A stretch of 64,000 nucleotides of DNA, taken from NCBI GenBank assembly GCA_964234715.1, contig OZ174278.1; one strand, 5' to 3'. The notes beneath the pieces are model-generated. The model worked only from the letters and a program-made list of their open reading frames with translations, made no database searches and was not told the origin of the DNA. This DNA is from Podarcis melisellensis (taxonomy: Eukaryota). This document shows positions 39,124 to 51,224 of this stretch, in pieces (the first letter of the stretch is position 1; each line of letters opens with the position of its first letter). A program made the position numbers and the translations under genes.

Positions 39124-40979
39124 TTATGGAAGCTGTTGTCATTATCTATACCATTCAGGTTTAAGGGTCTGTCAGCATTTCCCTCACAAAGCTACAAAGC
39201 ATTATTATTTTTTTCCAGAGATTACACTTCAGCTGCAAAAACAACTCGCCTCCCTGGGCTCAAACTCACCTTTAAAAATAAAGAAAGGGCTAACCAAGCA
39301 TGACAGCAAGTTAATCTCAGCAAATGTATGGGTGTGTAAACACACACAAACACCCCTAACAGGATAATGTAAGTTTTCCCCTATGCTTTTGCCCTAAAGT
39401 TGTGAATTTCAAATGGTTATTGTTAAAGCTTTAACAACCTCATCCCCATAATTGAGATAACAAATAATTTTAAAATGTTCTGCAGTGATTTTTTCTATGC
39501 TCAGATCCTATACATGCTGTGACATTTGGAGACTTTGTGAGAAATAAATCAATTACAGAGTTATTTGGTTGTGTAAGGCTCCTATTGTGATCTACTCCAT
39601 TAAAAAAAAATCCTCTGCATTTTCAGAAGGCATTCATCACAAACAATAAAACAATCCAAGGCCTCTTTTAAGAACCTGAAAGCTTGTTTTACTGCAAATA
39701 CAAAGGTATAGTATAGGTACAGGTACCAGTCTAAAGCTTAGCTGAAGCTTCAGGGGGTAGGTAAAAGACTGTCCTCTGAAGATTATAATAATTAGAAATT
39801 GTCCAAAATCCATTAATTTTCATGAGGGGGAGCTGTTTAAGTCTTTTTTAAAAAATGCACCCATTTTTTAAAAGCTTTAAATTTAAATGAGGAAGAAACA
39901 ATTCTTTTATTTATTTATACATTTCTTCAACATAAAAATTATCAGAAAATTTAAAAAATATATAAATTGACAATTCCCACCCATCAAAGCAATTCTCAGA
40001 CTTTCAATTTAGATGGCTTTCTGATGATCTCCTGAGTGGTTTGATTATAGAAGTTATTGCACACTGCAGGTTATGAGCACTGCATCAACAGTGGAAGTGA
40101 CTCAAAAGCCCAGTCCATCTTCTCATTGTGAGAAATGCTGCAAAGCCTTCTCCTCTTATCATTCACTGCAGAGTAATCATGTGAGTAGTTTGTTATGAAA
40201 GCAAGCTGAGTGTTCATCCAGATTTCCCTAACCTGGTGCCCTTCAAACAGTTTCGGATTATAATTCCCATCATCCGTAACTATGGCCAGGAGGGCTAATC
40301 AGAATGGTAATCCCACACATCTGGGGGGCACCCAGTTGGAGAAGACTCAGTTAGACTATATGAACCAGCTTTAAGAGAGAAAGCAAACACCCTTCGAAGT
40401 TGGCATGGAACAGAGAAATTGAAAGGAAGGGGGATAGTGCTCTATATGCCTTCTCTTCAGTGTGGATATGTGTAGGTATGAAAAACATCATAATTAATGT
40501 TGACATTGCTCTTGGCCACATTCTCTGTCTGTATAAAAAGAATTATTCCAATTCATTCAGAACCACTGCTAGGCTATATCAACAATGATTTCTTACATCT
40601 TATTTAATTTAAATTATAAATTATATTATTTATAAGATCACAGAAACGATCCCTGGGTTGGGGGGAGGGTAGAACATTTGTCATTCCTAAAAGCTGAGCT
40701 GCCTTGTCTAAAGCAGAAAAAGTTAGAAACTATTTGAAAAGACTGGCAAGGTGGGGGTGGGGGGGTTATCATAATAGTTGCTGATTTCTCAGCAGTGTTC
40801 AGTGACACACACTATAATTTAGCCCAGTGAGGGGTTTAGGCTGGGCCACACCTTCTGTGTCCTTGATCAAAGGATATAAACATAGCTAAAAGAAAACTCT
40901 AGTTAGAGGATAGCAGATAATTGATAGATTTTCCAAAGAAACACAATGACATTTGGATAACGATGGAGCAATCAGAAAA

Positions 40980-41266
40980 GCCAGCATGGTGTAGTGGTTA
41001 AGAGCGGTGGACTCGTAATCTGGTGAACCGGGTTCGCTTCCCCACTCCTCCACATGCACTTGCTGGGTGACCTTGGGCTAGTCACACTTCTCTGAAGTCT
41101 CTCAGTCTCACTCACCTCACAGAATGTTTGTTGTGGGGGAGGAAGCGAAAGGAGATTGTTAGCTGCTTTGAGATTCCTTAAGGGAAAGTGGGATATCAAG
41201 TCCAAATTCTTCTCCTTTCTCCTTTCTCCTTTCTCCTTCTCCTTCTCCTTCTCCTTCTTCTTCTTC
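40980..41266 (+). mobile_element. tRNA-derived SINE with a (CTTCTC)n tail
   Basis: gccagcatggtgtagtggttaagagc A box, gggttcgcttccc B box, pyrimidine-repeat tail at 41208-41266. Confidence 0.85.
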
Positions 41267-42135
41267 CTTTAAAAACAATGGGCACAACTCTGGCTTCTTT
41301 GAGCGCTGCTGTACCTGTGGAAGGCCCATGAGCCCTACACAAGTGTTCACGAATGGTCACAAGTCATAAACATATACAAACACATCAGCTCAGAAGTTTC
41401 TGCAGTTCCAGCACTTCAGTTCAGGCTGACAGCGCAAAAGACCCCAAAGTGGTGATGATACCTGAGAATATTTTCCGGAGGTGGTTTTCTCAGCACAATA
41501 TTTGCATGCTACCTTTCTGTGTTGGTGTAAATGGGATGTGGGCTTGTGTGGGAGTTGATGAGTGCTGTGTCTTTGTGCATGCATTTGTATGAGGAGGTTG
41601 TGCATGTGAGAAAGAGGAACTGCATTAGAATGACAGAATGTCTAAAATGTTCAAATATACAATAGGATATTATATACAGGTGCATTCCACGAGAACGACA
41701 CATTATACTGTGCAGATTGTATATGCGCTGCAGCCAGCAGCAGAATGAATAATGGATATGAGCCGTGCATACATCAAAATTAACCAAAAAATGCTTTTTC
41801 TCTATCCTCATAGAGCAAAGATGCCAGCATTAATGTCTGCCAAGATGTTTGTCATTCATTTACATTTAACAAATTCAGTATAAATGATATGGGTGTCAAC
41901 CAGCTGTACCTAAAATGAGCATCTATGCTTAAATCTGTACCAGAAATGTTTTCAATACTATGTGTAAAACAAATGATTATCCTGGCAATGGAAGCTTTTA
42001 TGAATGGCCAAGATGTGTAAAAGTCAAGGAAACAATAGAAATATTAATCATACTGGTATCCTACTTGATGCTTAGGATGGCATACATCATGAGACTTTAT
42101 TATCACAATAGCCCTGTGAGGTTAGTCTGTTCTAC

Positions 42136-42449
42136 ACCACTGAGCTTCTTGGGCTTGCCAATGCACGTGATGGGGTGTAAGCTCCCAGTGCTCTGTCCCA
42201 GCTCCTGCCAACCCAGCAGTTCGAAAGCACACCAGTGCAAGTAGATAAATAGGTACCGCTGCGGTGGGAAGGTAAACAGTGTTTCTGTGTGCTCTGGCTT
42301 CCATCACAGTGCTCTGTTGCGCCAGAAGCGGTTTAGTCATGCTGCCCATGACCCGGAAAGCTGTCTGTGGACAAATGCCTGAAAGCGAAATGAACACCAC
42401 GCCTCATAGTTGCCTTTGACTGGACTTAACCATCCAAGGGTCCTTTACC
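42136..42449 (+). mobile_element. Sauria SINE, degraded with internal deletions
   Basis: gcagttcgaaagcac...gtagataaataggtaccgc...gggtcctttacc, followed by (AC)n(AG)n. Confidence 0.88.
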
Positions 42450-42454
42450 CCCCC

Positions 42455-42487
<33 letters not shown>

Positions 42488-43188
42488 CGCGCTGAATAGG
42501 TTGGTGGAATCTTGAGGTGCTAGAATTGTATGCTTCAGACTCCAAATGACAGTTTTCCACCTGCAGGGAGAAGTATGATTTCCCTATTTGCATTCAAAGT
42601 GGTATGATCCATTTTACAACTCCATCATGTCATATGCATCTTATTCTGCTGCAAGTGTAGATCAGTGTTTCAGAATGGCCAAGCAATGATTTGAGCCCAA
42701 ATTTCCTTCATCAATTCATAGCTTTTGAGAAGTAGAAGAATACTGGGTAGTGGCTTATGATCACTGCTAAGCAAGTCATTTTACAAGCAAAACACAGCTC
42801 TGCTGTTTTCAGAGGCCTGGCAAACAGAAGTCTCCCTCTATGTTTCAGATCAAATATGATTAGGATATAGCACTTACATCTCTGTTCAACACACTGAATT
42901 GATTTTACTATCAGTGAATGGGCCTTGGTGTTAGGTTTGCATGCTAAAGGAATAAATACCTAAGCTTCAAAACAACAACCCCATAAATAGACCAACATTT
43001 CCTAAATGACTCTAGATACCGCAACTAAAAGATTAACTTGTGATATTCCAAGAAGGCATCCTGGAACTGATATTCTGATAAATAGCAGTACATTCCTATA
43101 CCTGCTTGTTTACAGTAATCTCAAATGAATACAGTGGCTTATATCTCAGTAGACACGTATAGGATTATGTTTTAAAGTTGGTAAATCA

Positions 43189-43316
43189 NNNNNNNNNNNN
43201 NNNNNNNNNNNNNNNNNNNNNNNNNNNNNNNNNNNNNNNNNNNNNNNNNNNNNNNNNNNNNNNNNNNNNNNNNNNNNNNNNNNNNNNNNNNNNNNNNNNN
43301 NNNNNNNNNNNNNNNN
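43189..43316. other. Assembly gap (128 N)
   Basis: Run of n characters. Confidence 1.
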
Positions 43317-43650
43317 GGTACAGGAATGCAGGTTTTGGTGTCCTCGGGTGTCTTCCCGTGTAAAAGTTGGGGTGTCTAGGCGACGTTTCGACGAGGTCTC
43401 ACTCGTCATCTTCAGGCTGGTGCTTTCGGCTTCTTGTTACTGGAACAGAGCAGGATCTCAGTGTTTGAGTTCCTATAAATACTGTTGAGGGGGTGTGGTG
43501 TATAGCCTCCAATGTTCTGGGCAGAGAGGAAGTTCCCAGGCTAGTGTGCCTTTTCTTCTTTTGTTGTTCCTTAATTACTTGAGGGATATCTTGAGTGATT
43601 TCTTGAGTGATATCCTGAGTACCACTTAGGTGGGTCATTAGGTGTGCAGA
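43317..43650 (-). mobile_element. Penelope-like element pseudo-LTR / 3' fragment
   Basis: - strand cctgaagatgacgag...ctcgtcgaaacgtc signature, 12-bp tandem units (cactcaagatat-like), abuts the gap. Confidence 0.7.
43382..43416 (-). ncRNA. Minimal hammerhead ribozyme-like motif of the Penelope type
   Basis: CUGAAGA-u-GACGAG(ugagac)CUCGUC-GAAAC-GUC: both catalytic boxes, perfect 6-bp stem II and a GUC triplet. Stem I is weak. Confidence 0.6.
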
Positions 43651-44778
43651 CTCAGGGCTGGAGCTAAGCATGTGTCCCTGTGTCCCTGCTGTAGTGATGT
43701 TCCCACTTAGGGCAATAAGGCCTGAAAAGGGCTACAAGCACCGATCAGAATGGTGTGTGCTCATGATGGGGGTCCTTATATCTCAGAGTACATTCTGAAT
43801 ATGTGGGGTTATCTGGACCAGGAACTTATCTTTATGGGGGAAAATGCCAAAATTATAGTTGCTAATTAGGTGCATAATGAAAACCAAATCTATGCACACT
43901 GAAAATATGCTGTTGGGCACATAGTATGCAGGCTATATGCCTGTTCTCAGAGTGCATCACACACACACCCCACACACAATCCATTACTTATGCTTCATTT
44001 TTGCCCTAAACCTTTTCTCTCATTAAGCATCGAGCATCAGATTGAGAAACAAACACAGCAAGTAGTTATGTGCATGCAGAAAAAGCTTTACACTATAGAA
44101 TTATATAATGCATTATGAGCATGTAATTTATATTGTCCTGGTGAGGAATTTGTGTTTCCTTCCAACAAATATAAACAGTTATAAATATATATCCCGATTT
44201 TCAGCCTCATTTAAACTATCCAAATGGTAAAAATGGGCTGTAGAAGTAGAATCACGCCAGTCTTCCTGCAGTATTATGCATTTTATTGTTTTAATGCTAT
44301 TTTATGTGTTTTATTGTCTCATTCTACTCATTAACTGTTGCTTTCACACATATAACAGGTTGTGTAAGTAGATTAACTCACTTTTTGCCTCCCTATAAAT
44401 TTAAATGAAAGCCATTCAAAGCTTGCTATTTTCTTTCTGCGTGCTATAAAAAGGAGAGGTTTGTAAAAAAATATTTGGCTTATAAGTTACTCTGATTGAT
44501 GTATCTAGTAGTTTCTATTTATACATTTATGATTTTTAGCTTCCTGGGCCTTGGATTTTTCTCCTTTTGTTTTTGTTTTAACGTTTTTGTCTTACAACAT
44601 TACAATACATTTCCAGTTGAAGAGGCAGTAAATGGGAGGCTTTTGTAAGGAAATCAAGCAGCCTCAGTCTATATATCATGCAAGGCTGATATACTTTTAC
44701 CTCAAAGGTGAGAAGTGAAAGACAGCTCCCAGAAATAATGCATAACAAATGTAGAATGAAATTCAGAGGAAAAGGTGG

Positions 44779-44782
<4 letters not shown>

Positions 44783-44831
<49 letters not shown>
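44783..44831. repeat. (TC)n microsatellite
   Basis: About 24 units. Confidence 0.95.
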
Positions 44832-44834
<3 letters not shown>

Positions 44835-45333
44835 GAGTGTGTAATAAAATAAGAATCTGAATTATTAAAGGCCCTCATTGAGCATCTAACCACACATATC
44901 ACCTTAAAGTGGGAACAAAGTGTGCACACAAGCCTCACTGTCTATGTCCCCACATGCACCAGTTGCTCTTTTGACACACACAATTCCGACCATGTTCAGT
45001 TAAACATGGTCAAAATTGGCCCTGCAGTCAGAAACCTGGTGCAATCATGCTTCATAATCGGAGAGGATTCTAAGCACATGCAGCTGAACATGGTTCAGAT
45101 TTCCCTGTAGACCTTCACTAGGATGGACCCAAGACCAAATTCCCAATGGTCTGTATGGGACTAGGCTCTAGACATTCAAAGTGGTGCACACACTCTCAGA
45201 AACTATCGGCCAAACAGCAATGAAAGCACATCTCATCCCAGCCGCATCTTTCATTCTCCATACCTGACATCAGATACTGGGAAGGTGGGCATGGTCATAG
45301 AATCATAGAGTTGGAAGAGACCACAAGGGCTAT

Positions 45334-46156
45334 TGTCAGAGCTGCCCAAGGTCCCAGCTCACAGAGGACCAACGCCAGTTCTTGTTATATACAAAAGTAT
45401 TTATTAAGGTTCAGTTTCGATTCCAAAGCCACGGCGCGCAGCTCTATGTCTCTACCCTAGACCGCTGAAGCTCTGTCTGAATCTCCTCCCCCCAGACACC
45501 AGTTCAAGACCCTAGCCTTGCTCCACCTCCTCCTTTGCTCCTTTCTCCTCTGGGTCCTTCTGCCCGCTGGGGTGCTGCCCTTTCTGGACTCTTCTGATGG
45601 TGAGTCCGTGGATTCTTCCCCCTCCCTCCGGCGTGCTTTAGGACCTGGCTCCCAGTCTGCACTCCCAGCTGTCCCGCACGCCTGTGCATTTGAACTTGGC
45701 TCGCGCGCCCAGCCGGTAACCTTCCTCCTGACCGTTACGCTGCTCCTTCCACTGCTTCCCCCTTCGGGGGGGTTAGCTGGCTCTGACTTCCCCTCTGTTC
45801 CCTCACTCAGCGATAGGGGCGTGGTCAGTCCTGACTCATCTTCTCTTTCCCCTGAAGGGGAAGCCGGCCCTGACATGTGGGACCCTTCCCCCCCACTACG
45901 CTTCGGTGGGGAAGCTGGTCCCGATCTCCAGCTGCTGCTTTGGGAGTCACCGCTGGTCCCTTGCTTCTGGTGCGTCCCCCCCGGGACCCCCCTTGCTCTG
46001 GCTATAGGCGCTCCCTTCTGGGAATCTTCTGAATCACTGGACAGACTCATGGAATGTCTTGCCCCACTGTCATCCTCACCTACAATGCCTTCGGATTGTT
46101 CCCCTTCGCTCTCCACTTCCTCCTTCCCCTGTGCCTCTGCTCCTGAACCCCTGACA
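45334..46156 (-). mobile_element. Solo LTR (823 bp) inserted into a CR1 3' tail
   Basis: TGTCA...TGACA termini, 5-bp TSD gctat (45329-45333, 46157-46161), - strand AATAAA at 45400-45405. The flanks rejoin to catagaatcatagagttggaagagaccacaagggctatcgagtccaacccc. Confidence 0.88.
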
Positions 46157-47986
46157 GCTATCGAGTCCAACCCCCTGCCAAGCAGGAAACACAGGGGGGG
46201 AAATTGTCTCATGGCCCATATTCGGCCCTCCTGCATGGTCTAATTAGCCATCAGGCTAGAGGTTCTCACAGTATAGAAAGTATTATCCCAAGGATAAACC
46301 TCTCTCAAAACATAGAATATCAAATCTGCCTCATAACATGGACTAATAAACACAGAACATTCACAAAGCAATTTATTTTGTTTTCCTGATGTTTCCCTAA
46401 CTGTTGATTTCCGTAATATATTTGAACTTTCACACAACATAAACACTGCTTCTGAAAATATAGTGGAATATAGCACAAGTTTAGGGTTCATTTTCATATT
46501 ATTTGCAGACAGATTTCCTTTTATTAGACCTCAAATATCTCAAAGTGATCTGGCGGTGTGAATCAAAATATAATAATGATATATTATGCTTTTACTCCTG
46601 TTTATCTTTATAGTTGAAGTTCATGCACCCAATAGCTTAGCAAAGACACCGTCCTTATGCTAAAAGAGATCAAGGTAAAAGCACAATGGACTGAAGAACA
46701 TATCAGAGCTGAGAGTAGCAGCACAAAGGACTCCACGCTTCATTTGTACGGAGAACTAATGCTAACAGCCATAGGAAACCAATAGGCAATTTGCGCCATC
46801 AAAAGAGAAGACACACTACAGATTGAAGTGTGTCGTCCTTTGAAAGATTACCCATAGCATCAATGAAAATACAGACACATATTAACATCAAAATCCAAGC
46901 CACTCAAGAGAATGCTTTTAGATGTGGGAAGGGAGAATCTATACTATGCTTTCAATAGACTCATTGACATATCATGTGATGCTCCACGGGGTGGGGGGGA
47001 GGATCGGCCTACTAGGTGGATCTTATTCCCAACTGTTGTGATAGAGAAAGTAAATAAATCAGTCCTGTGATAAGCACCCCCAATACACAGATTATTTTCA
47101 TGCACAAATATCTAACACAAAAAGCACAGACAGTAAACCTGCAGATAGCCACACATAACAACTAAAGATCTATTTCACTGCCTATATTTGCATCGTGCAA
47201 AGAAACAAACTGAAGGAAGATAGATTGGGGTTGATTGTTGCAATATATGCATCACTCTTGGTCTTGTGAATGGTTCTCTGTTTGATCAGATTGTGTCGTA
47301 AGTATATTCGAAACAACTGAAGCACTGGAAATAAAACTGTGCCTACAGCCATGCCAGGGCTTCTTAAAAATGAAAAGAGGAACAGTAAATCACAGATTTA
47401 CTATTTAGCAGTTTTTATTATCAGCAGTTTGCAAGAGTGCATTTATAGTGCATTTATAGTACATTTCCTACCATTATCCAAGTGTACTTTGATAGGAAAA
47501 AAAATGTGTGTGTGTGGCAGCATATCTGCCAGTCAACATCATGCTGTGCCCCATAATAGAAGGACACTGGTTTGAGATAATATGGTCATCTTGTGGATCA
47601 GTATCCCTGCCACAAGTTCTCCACCATCTCCAAATATGACAAGCTTGCCACATAACATGGTTTCAAAATTCAAATATATTCACCTGTACCAGAAGTTGCC
47701 ACTGGTGTTGGATGGCACGCATTGTATGATAAGAGCTTCTAAATGTTATTGTCAGCTGGGGGTTGACAAACTCACCATTAGGGAAACTGATTCACATGGT
47801 GCTATTGACAAGCACCCTAACTAAGCCTTAAACCCAAACCTTGCACTCATCAGATGTTGTTCAACTACCATAAGCCCATCCAGGACAGCCGATGGTCAAT
47901 GTGATGGAAGTTATAGTCCAACAGCATCTGAAAGGCCCTTCCCCTGCTTTAACTCTTTCAATTTATTAACGGGGATAGGCAGAATT

Positions 47987-48288
47987 TGTCACGGCTAAAA
48001 TGGCCGCTGTTTCTTTAATGCGAATAAAGCTGGGTCAGCATGACTCAGCGGTCTGCACCAAGTTGTATATATAAGTGAGAAATGTTAGTTTGTTGCTGAG
48101 GCTGGTGTTTGGTGCTGGTGTGTGGAGTTATTCAGTCGTGTTTTGCACAAAGACTTTTAAGAATAAAACTCTGCAAGGATATTCTCGTGGACTCTTTTTG
48201 TGCCGACAAGGGTCCGAGGACCAGGCTGAAGAGGCAAAGGGAGGTCAGAACCTTTTCCTCCTTTTTTTGCTTTTTACAAACACTGACA
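47987..48288 (+). mobile_element. Solo LTR (302 bp)
   Basis: TGTCA...TGACA termini, 5-bp TSD gaatt (47982-47986, 48289-48293), TATA at 48066-48074, AATAAA at 48162-48167. Confidence 0.9.
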
Positions 48289-48779
48289 GAATTCCCAGAA
48301 GATTTAAATCCTAAAACCATGCCCACCTGCCCAGTCTAGGGCAGGATGCTTACTAGGCACTGCACTGGATACAAGCCAGTCTGTATACTTTCAGATTTCC
48401 TTGCCACATGCACTTATTTTTATTGGGTACAAGTTCTTTATTGGGTGAAAATTCTTTGTTTATTGCAAACAATTATTTACCATTATTGTATTTTGTGAGA
48501 CAGCATTTCAGCCCTTCAGCACAAAAAGTATGAGTATGGGACAATGCTTCAATGGTGCAATTAAGTCTACATCCCAAATCTTTTAAAGCTTCACTCTGCA
48601 TAGTTACACAGCACTAAATCTCAGTGGATACAATGGGACTTATTTCTAAATAAACATGCATAGGATTGCATGATACATTATGCAAAGGCCTTAAGTACAA
48701 ACTTAGCCCTCCAGTATGTTGTCTAAATTGTTGTTTTCACAAATAACAAATTAGTTATATAATTCCTATCATGTTTATT

Positions 48780-49300
48780 AAGCCTTCGAATACAACAAAT
48801 ACAACTTTAGGGTATAATTTTATTTTACTTGGTCATTTTGAATATATGCCAAACAATGTTTTGCCGATATTTGTTATCATGGCAAGTTTCTTACCAAGCA
48901 TGCATAAAGGCAACATCTCTATACTGGTCCATTTCCAACTATGGTAGCTATTTGTTTTTTAAATCTTATCTAGCCTGAGAGCATTAAGTACTACTGATAC
49001 ATCATTTTGTACAGAGCTTTTTCTTAAATCCAGACATAATGAAAAAGAATGTAACAGCTTGCAGATTGCTTTCCAGACTGTAGGTTCCAATGCAGCTCCT
49101 AAATCATTATTCCATTTGTTTATAAAGTAATCTTCCTTATCATTCTCTTTTAAACAGAATGCATAAAACCTACAGCACACCACTGCAATTTCATCCAAAC
49201 TCCAATATCTTTTCAGAATTTGTTAAATCTCTGCTAAATAGTAGGCTCCAAATCTAACTACCTAGAGATGGGAAAGGGACAGTGCCTGCTGAAGTAAATT
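48780..49300 (-). mobile_element. Old L1-clade ORF2 C-terminal remnant
   Basis: FINKWNNDLG....PTVWKAICK....S.CLDLRK followed by a decayed YL...RLDKI motif. Confidence 0.6.
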
Positions 49301-50120
49301 AAATGTTACCAAACCAGAATCAGATGGCTATATTTTGATGCAGATATTCAGAAAATGGAGGAACAGTCCACTAACCTTGTTTTGCCTGTTGATTCCTGCA
49401 CACTGGATGTCAGTAATGTTACTGTTAATAATATTAGCAACTGGTTGTTAATAATATTACATGTTGATAATGGAGATGGTGATAATGGTGATGGTGATTT
49501 GACAAGATTCTACAACACAGGCCCCAAACAGACTTTCTCTTAGGTCAAGAAAAGAGAAAGATGGGTATTCTGAAAGCTGGATTAGGGTTAAGGAGATGGG
49601 TGCAGTTAATTTGCTGCATTTAGATACAACACATTCCTGGTCAGTGTTCAAAACCCCTATAGAAGTGGTTGCATAATACAACAGGGAATTTTATTATTGC
49701 GAGCAGTTTCTGAACTCTTATTGCAGTAAACCGTGCCTAAGATTTCAGTTTAAATTGCCACTGAGGGCATAGGAGGATTAGACTCAGAAACACCGATCTG
49801 TGTGCAAAGCTCCTCAACTACCTTAGACTGTTGTGTAAAGAGCCCTGCTTCCTCCTTTGAAATATGCCCCCTCGTTGGGGTAGAGCATTTGTGATCTAGC
49901 AGACATGCAACCGAACATTCATCAGCATCTTTAGCACTGATTTTCTATGAACCATGCTGTGCATGTGTGTGGAAGCAGTCTTGAGCAAGATGATTGTTTT
50001 GAATTTGGGGCACATTCTTCTTTAGCACATCAAGCATGCTACAATGACAGTTTACTGTTGTTACTATTAGTTGTTCAGTAATGTGAGCAATTGCTTTGCT
50101 AGCAAGTCTTGAACAGAGTA

Positions 50121-50362
50121 CAGTGGTACCTCGGGTTAAGTACTTAATTCGTTCTGGAGGTCCGTTCTTAACCTGAAACTGTTCTTAACCTGAAACACCA
50201 CTTTAGCTAATGGGGCCTCCTGCTGCTGCCGCACCGCCAGATCACGATTTCTGTTCTCATCCTGAAGCAAAGTTCTTAACCTGAAGTACTATTTCTGGGT
50301 TAGCAGAGTCTGTAACCTGAAGCATATGTAACCTGAAGCGTATTTAACCCGAGGTACCACTG
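50121..50362 (-). mobile_element. Tc1/mariner (Tigger-like) MITE
   Basis: Complete TIRs with TA on both sides; reverse orientation relative to 38-255. Confidence 0.92.
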
Positions 50363-51224
50363 TATACCATTTGTATATCTGCATCACAAGGAGGTTCTAA
50401 TGGGGGTGGGAAAATGCCCAACTGTGCTAGTTCTAAAATATAGAATGTATTCCTGCTCATTTGTATTTATAGTAGTCAAGCATTCCCATTTCTTGTTACT
50501 TTAGATGCCTGCCCTGGAAAAAGGAAGCCTCTTTTAAACATGTAAGTATGTATGGAATGAAAACGAAAAGAAAATTTAATCCCACCATCTTCATCTTAGA
50601 ACTCTCCCAGATCTAATTAATATGGATTTAGGCTGAAGAATTGACTTTTACACATTTAAAAGACTTACCTACATGCATGCAATCTGCTGTGCTTAACTGT
50701 ACTAAATTACAGCCCTTCATTACTATTTTACTACCCCTCATAAAGCATCATCCCCTATTTTTAATTAAGCACTTTCAAGCTTTAACAAACACAGAATCTT
50801 TAGCTTTTTCAGCAGGGTGGTGTGTGAAAGCATCGTGAATTTAATCCCCCCCCCTTAATCCCTACTAATCTTTTCGAAGCACCAGATTTCTAAGCATTTT
50901 TACACTGCAAAATCATTATTTGCACAACTCTTTATGCCTGATATAATAATGCTGAGTTGAGGCAGGGAGAAACTGTCCAATATGACATTTTCCTGGAATC
51001 TACTCCTAAAGATGTATTGCACATGTAACAGAAATGATGTGAAGTTTTGCAAAAGCAGAACAGAGGCAGGATGATCATAGACGCAAGCAGGAAACATCTG
51101 AAAAACTAAGTTAGGTCTATTAATTTCAATGGGTCAACTCTGAGCAAAACATAGTTAAACATAATGTGGTTTTTCATCTTGCAAAATATTTTTCATGTCA
51201 TGGTACTGAAGAGGGTAGTGTTGG

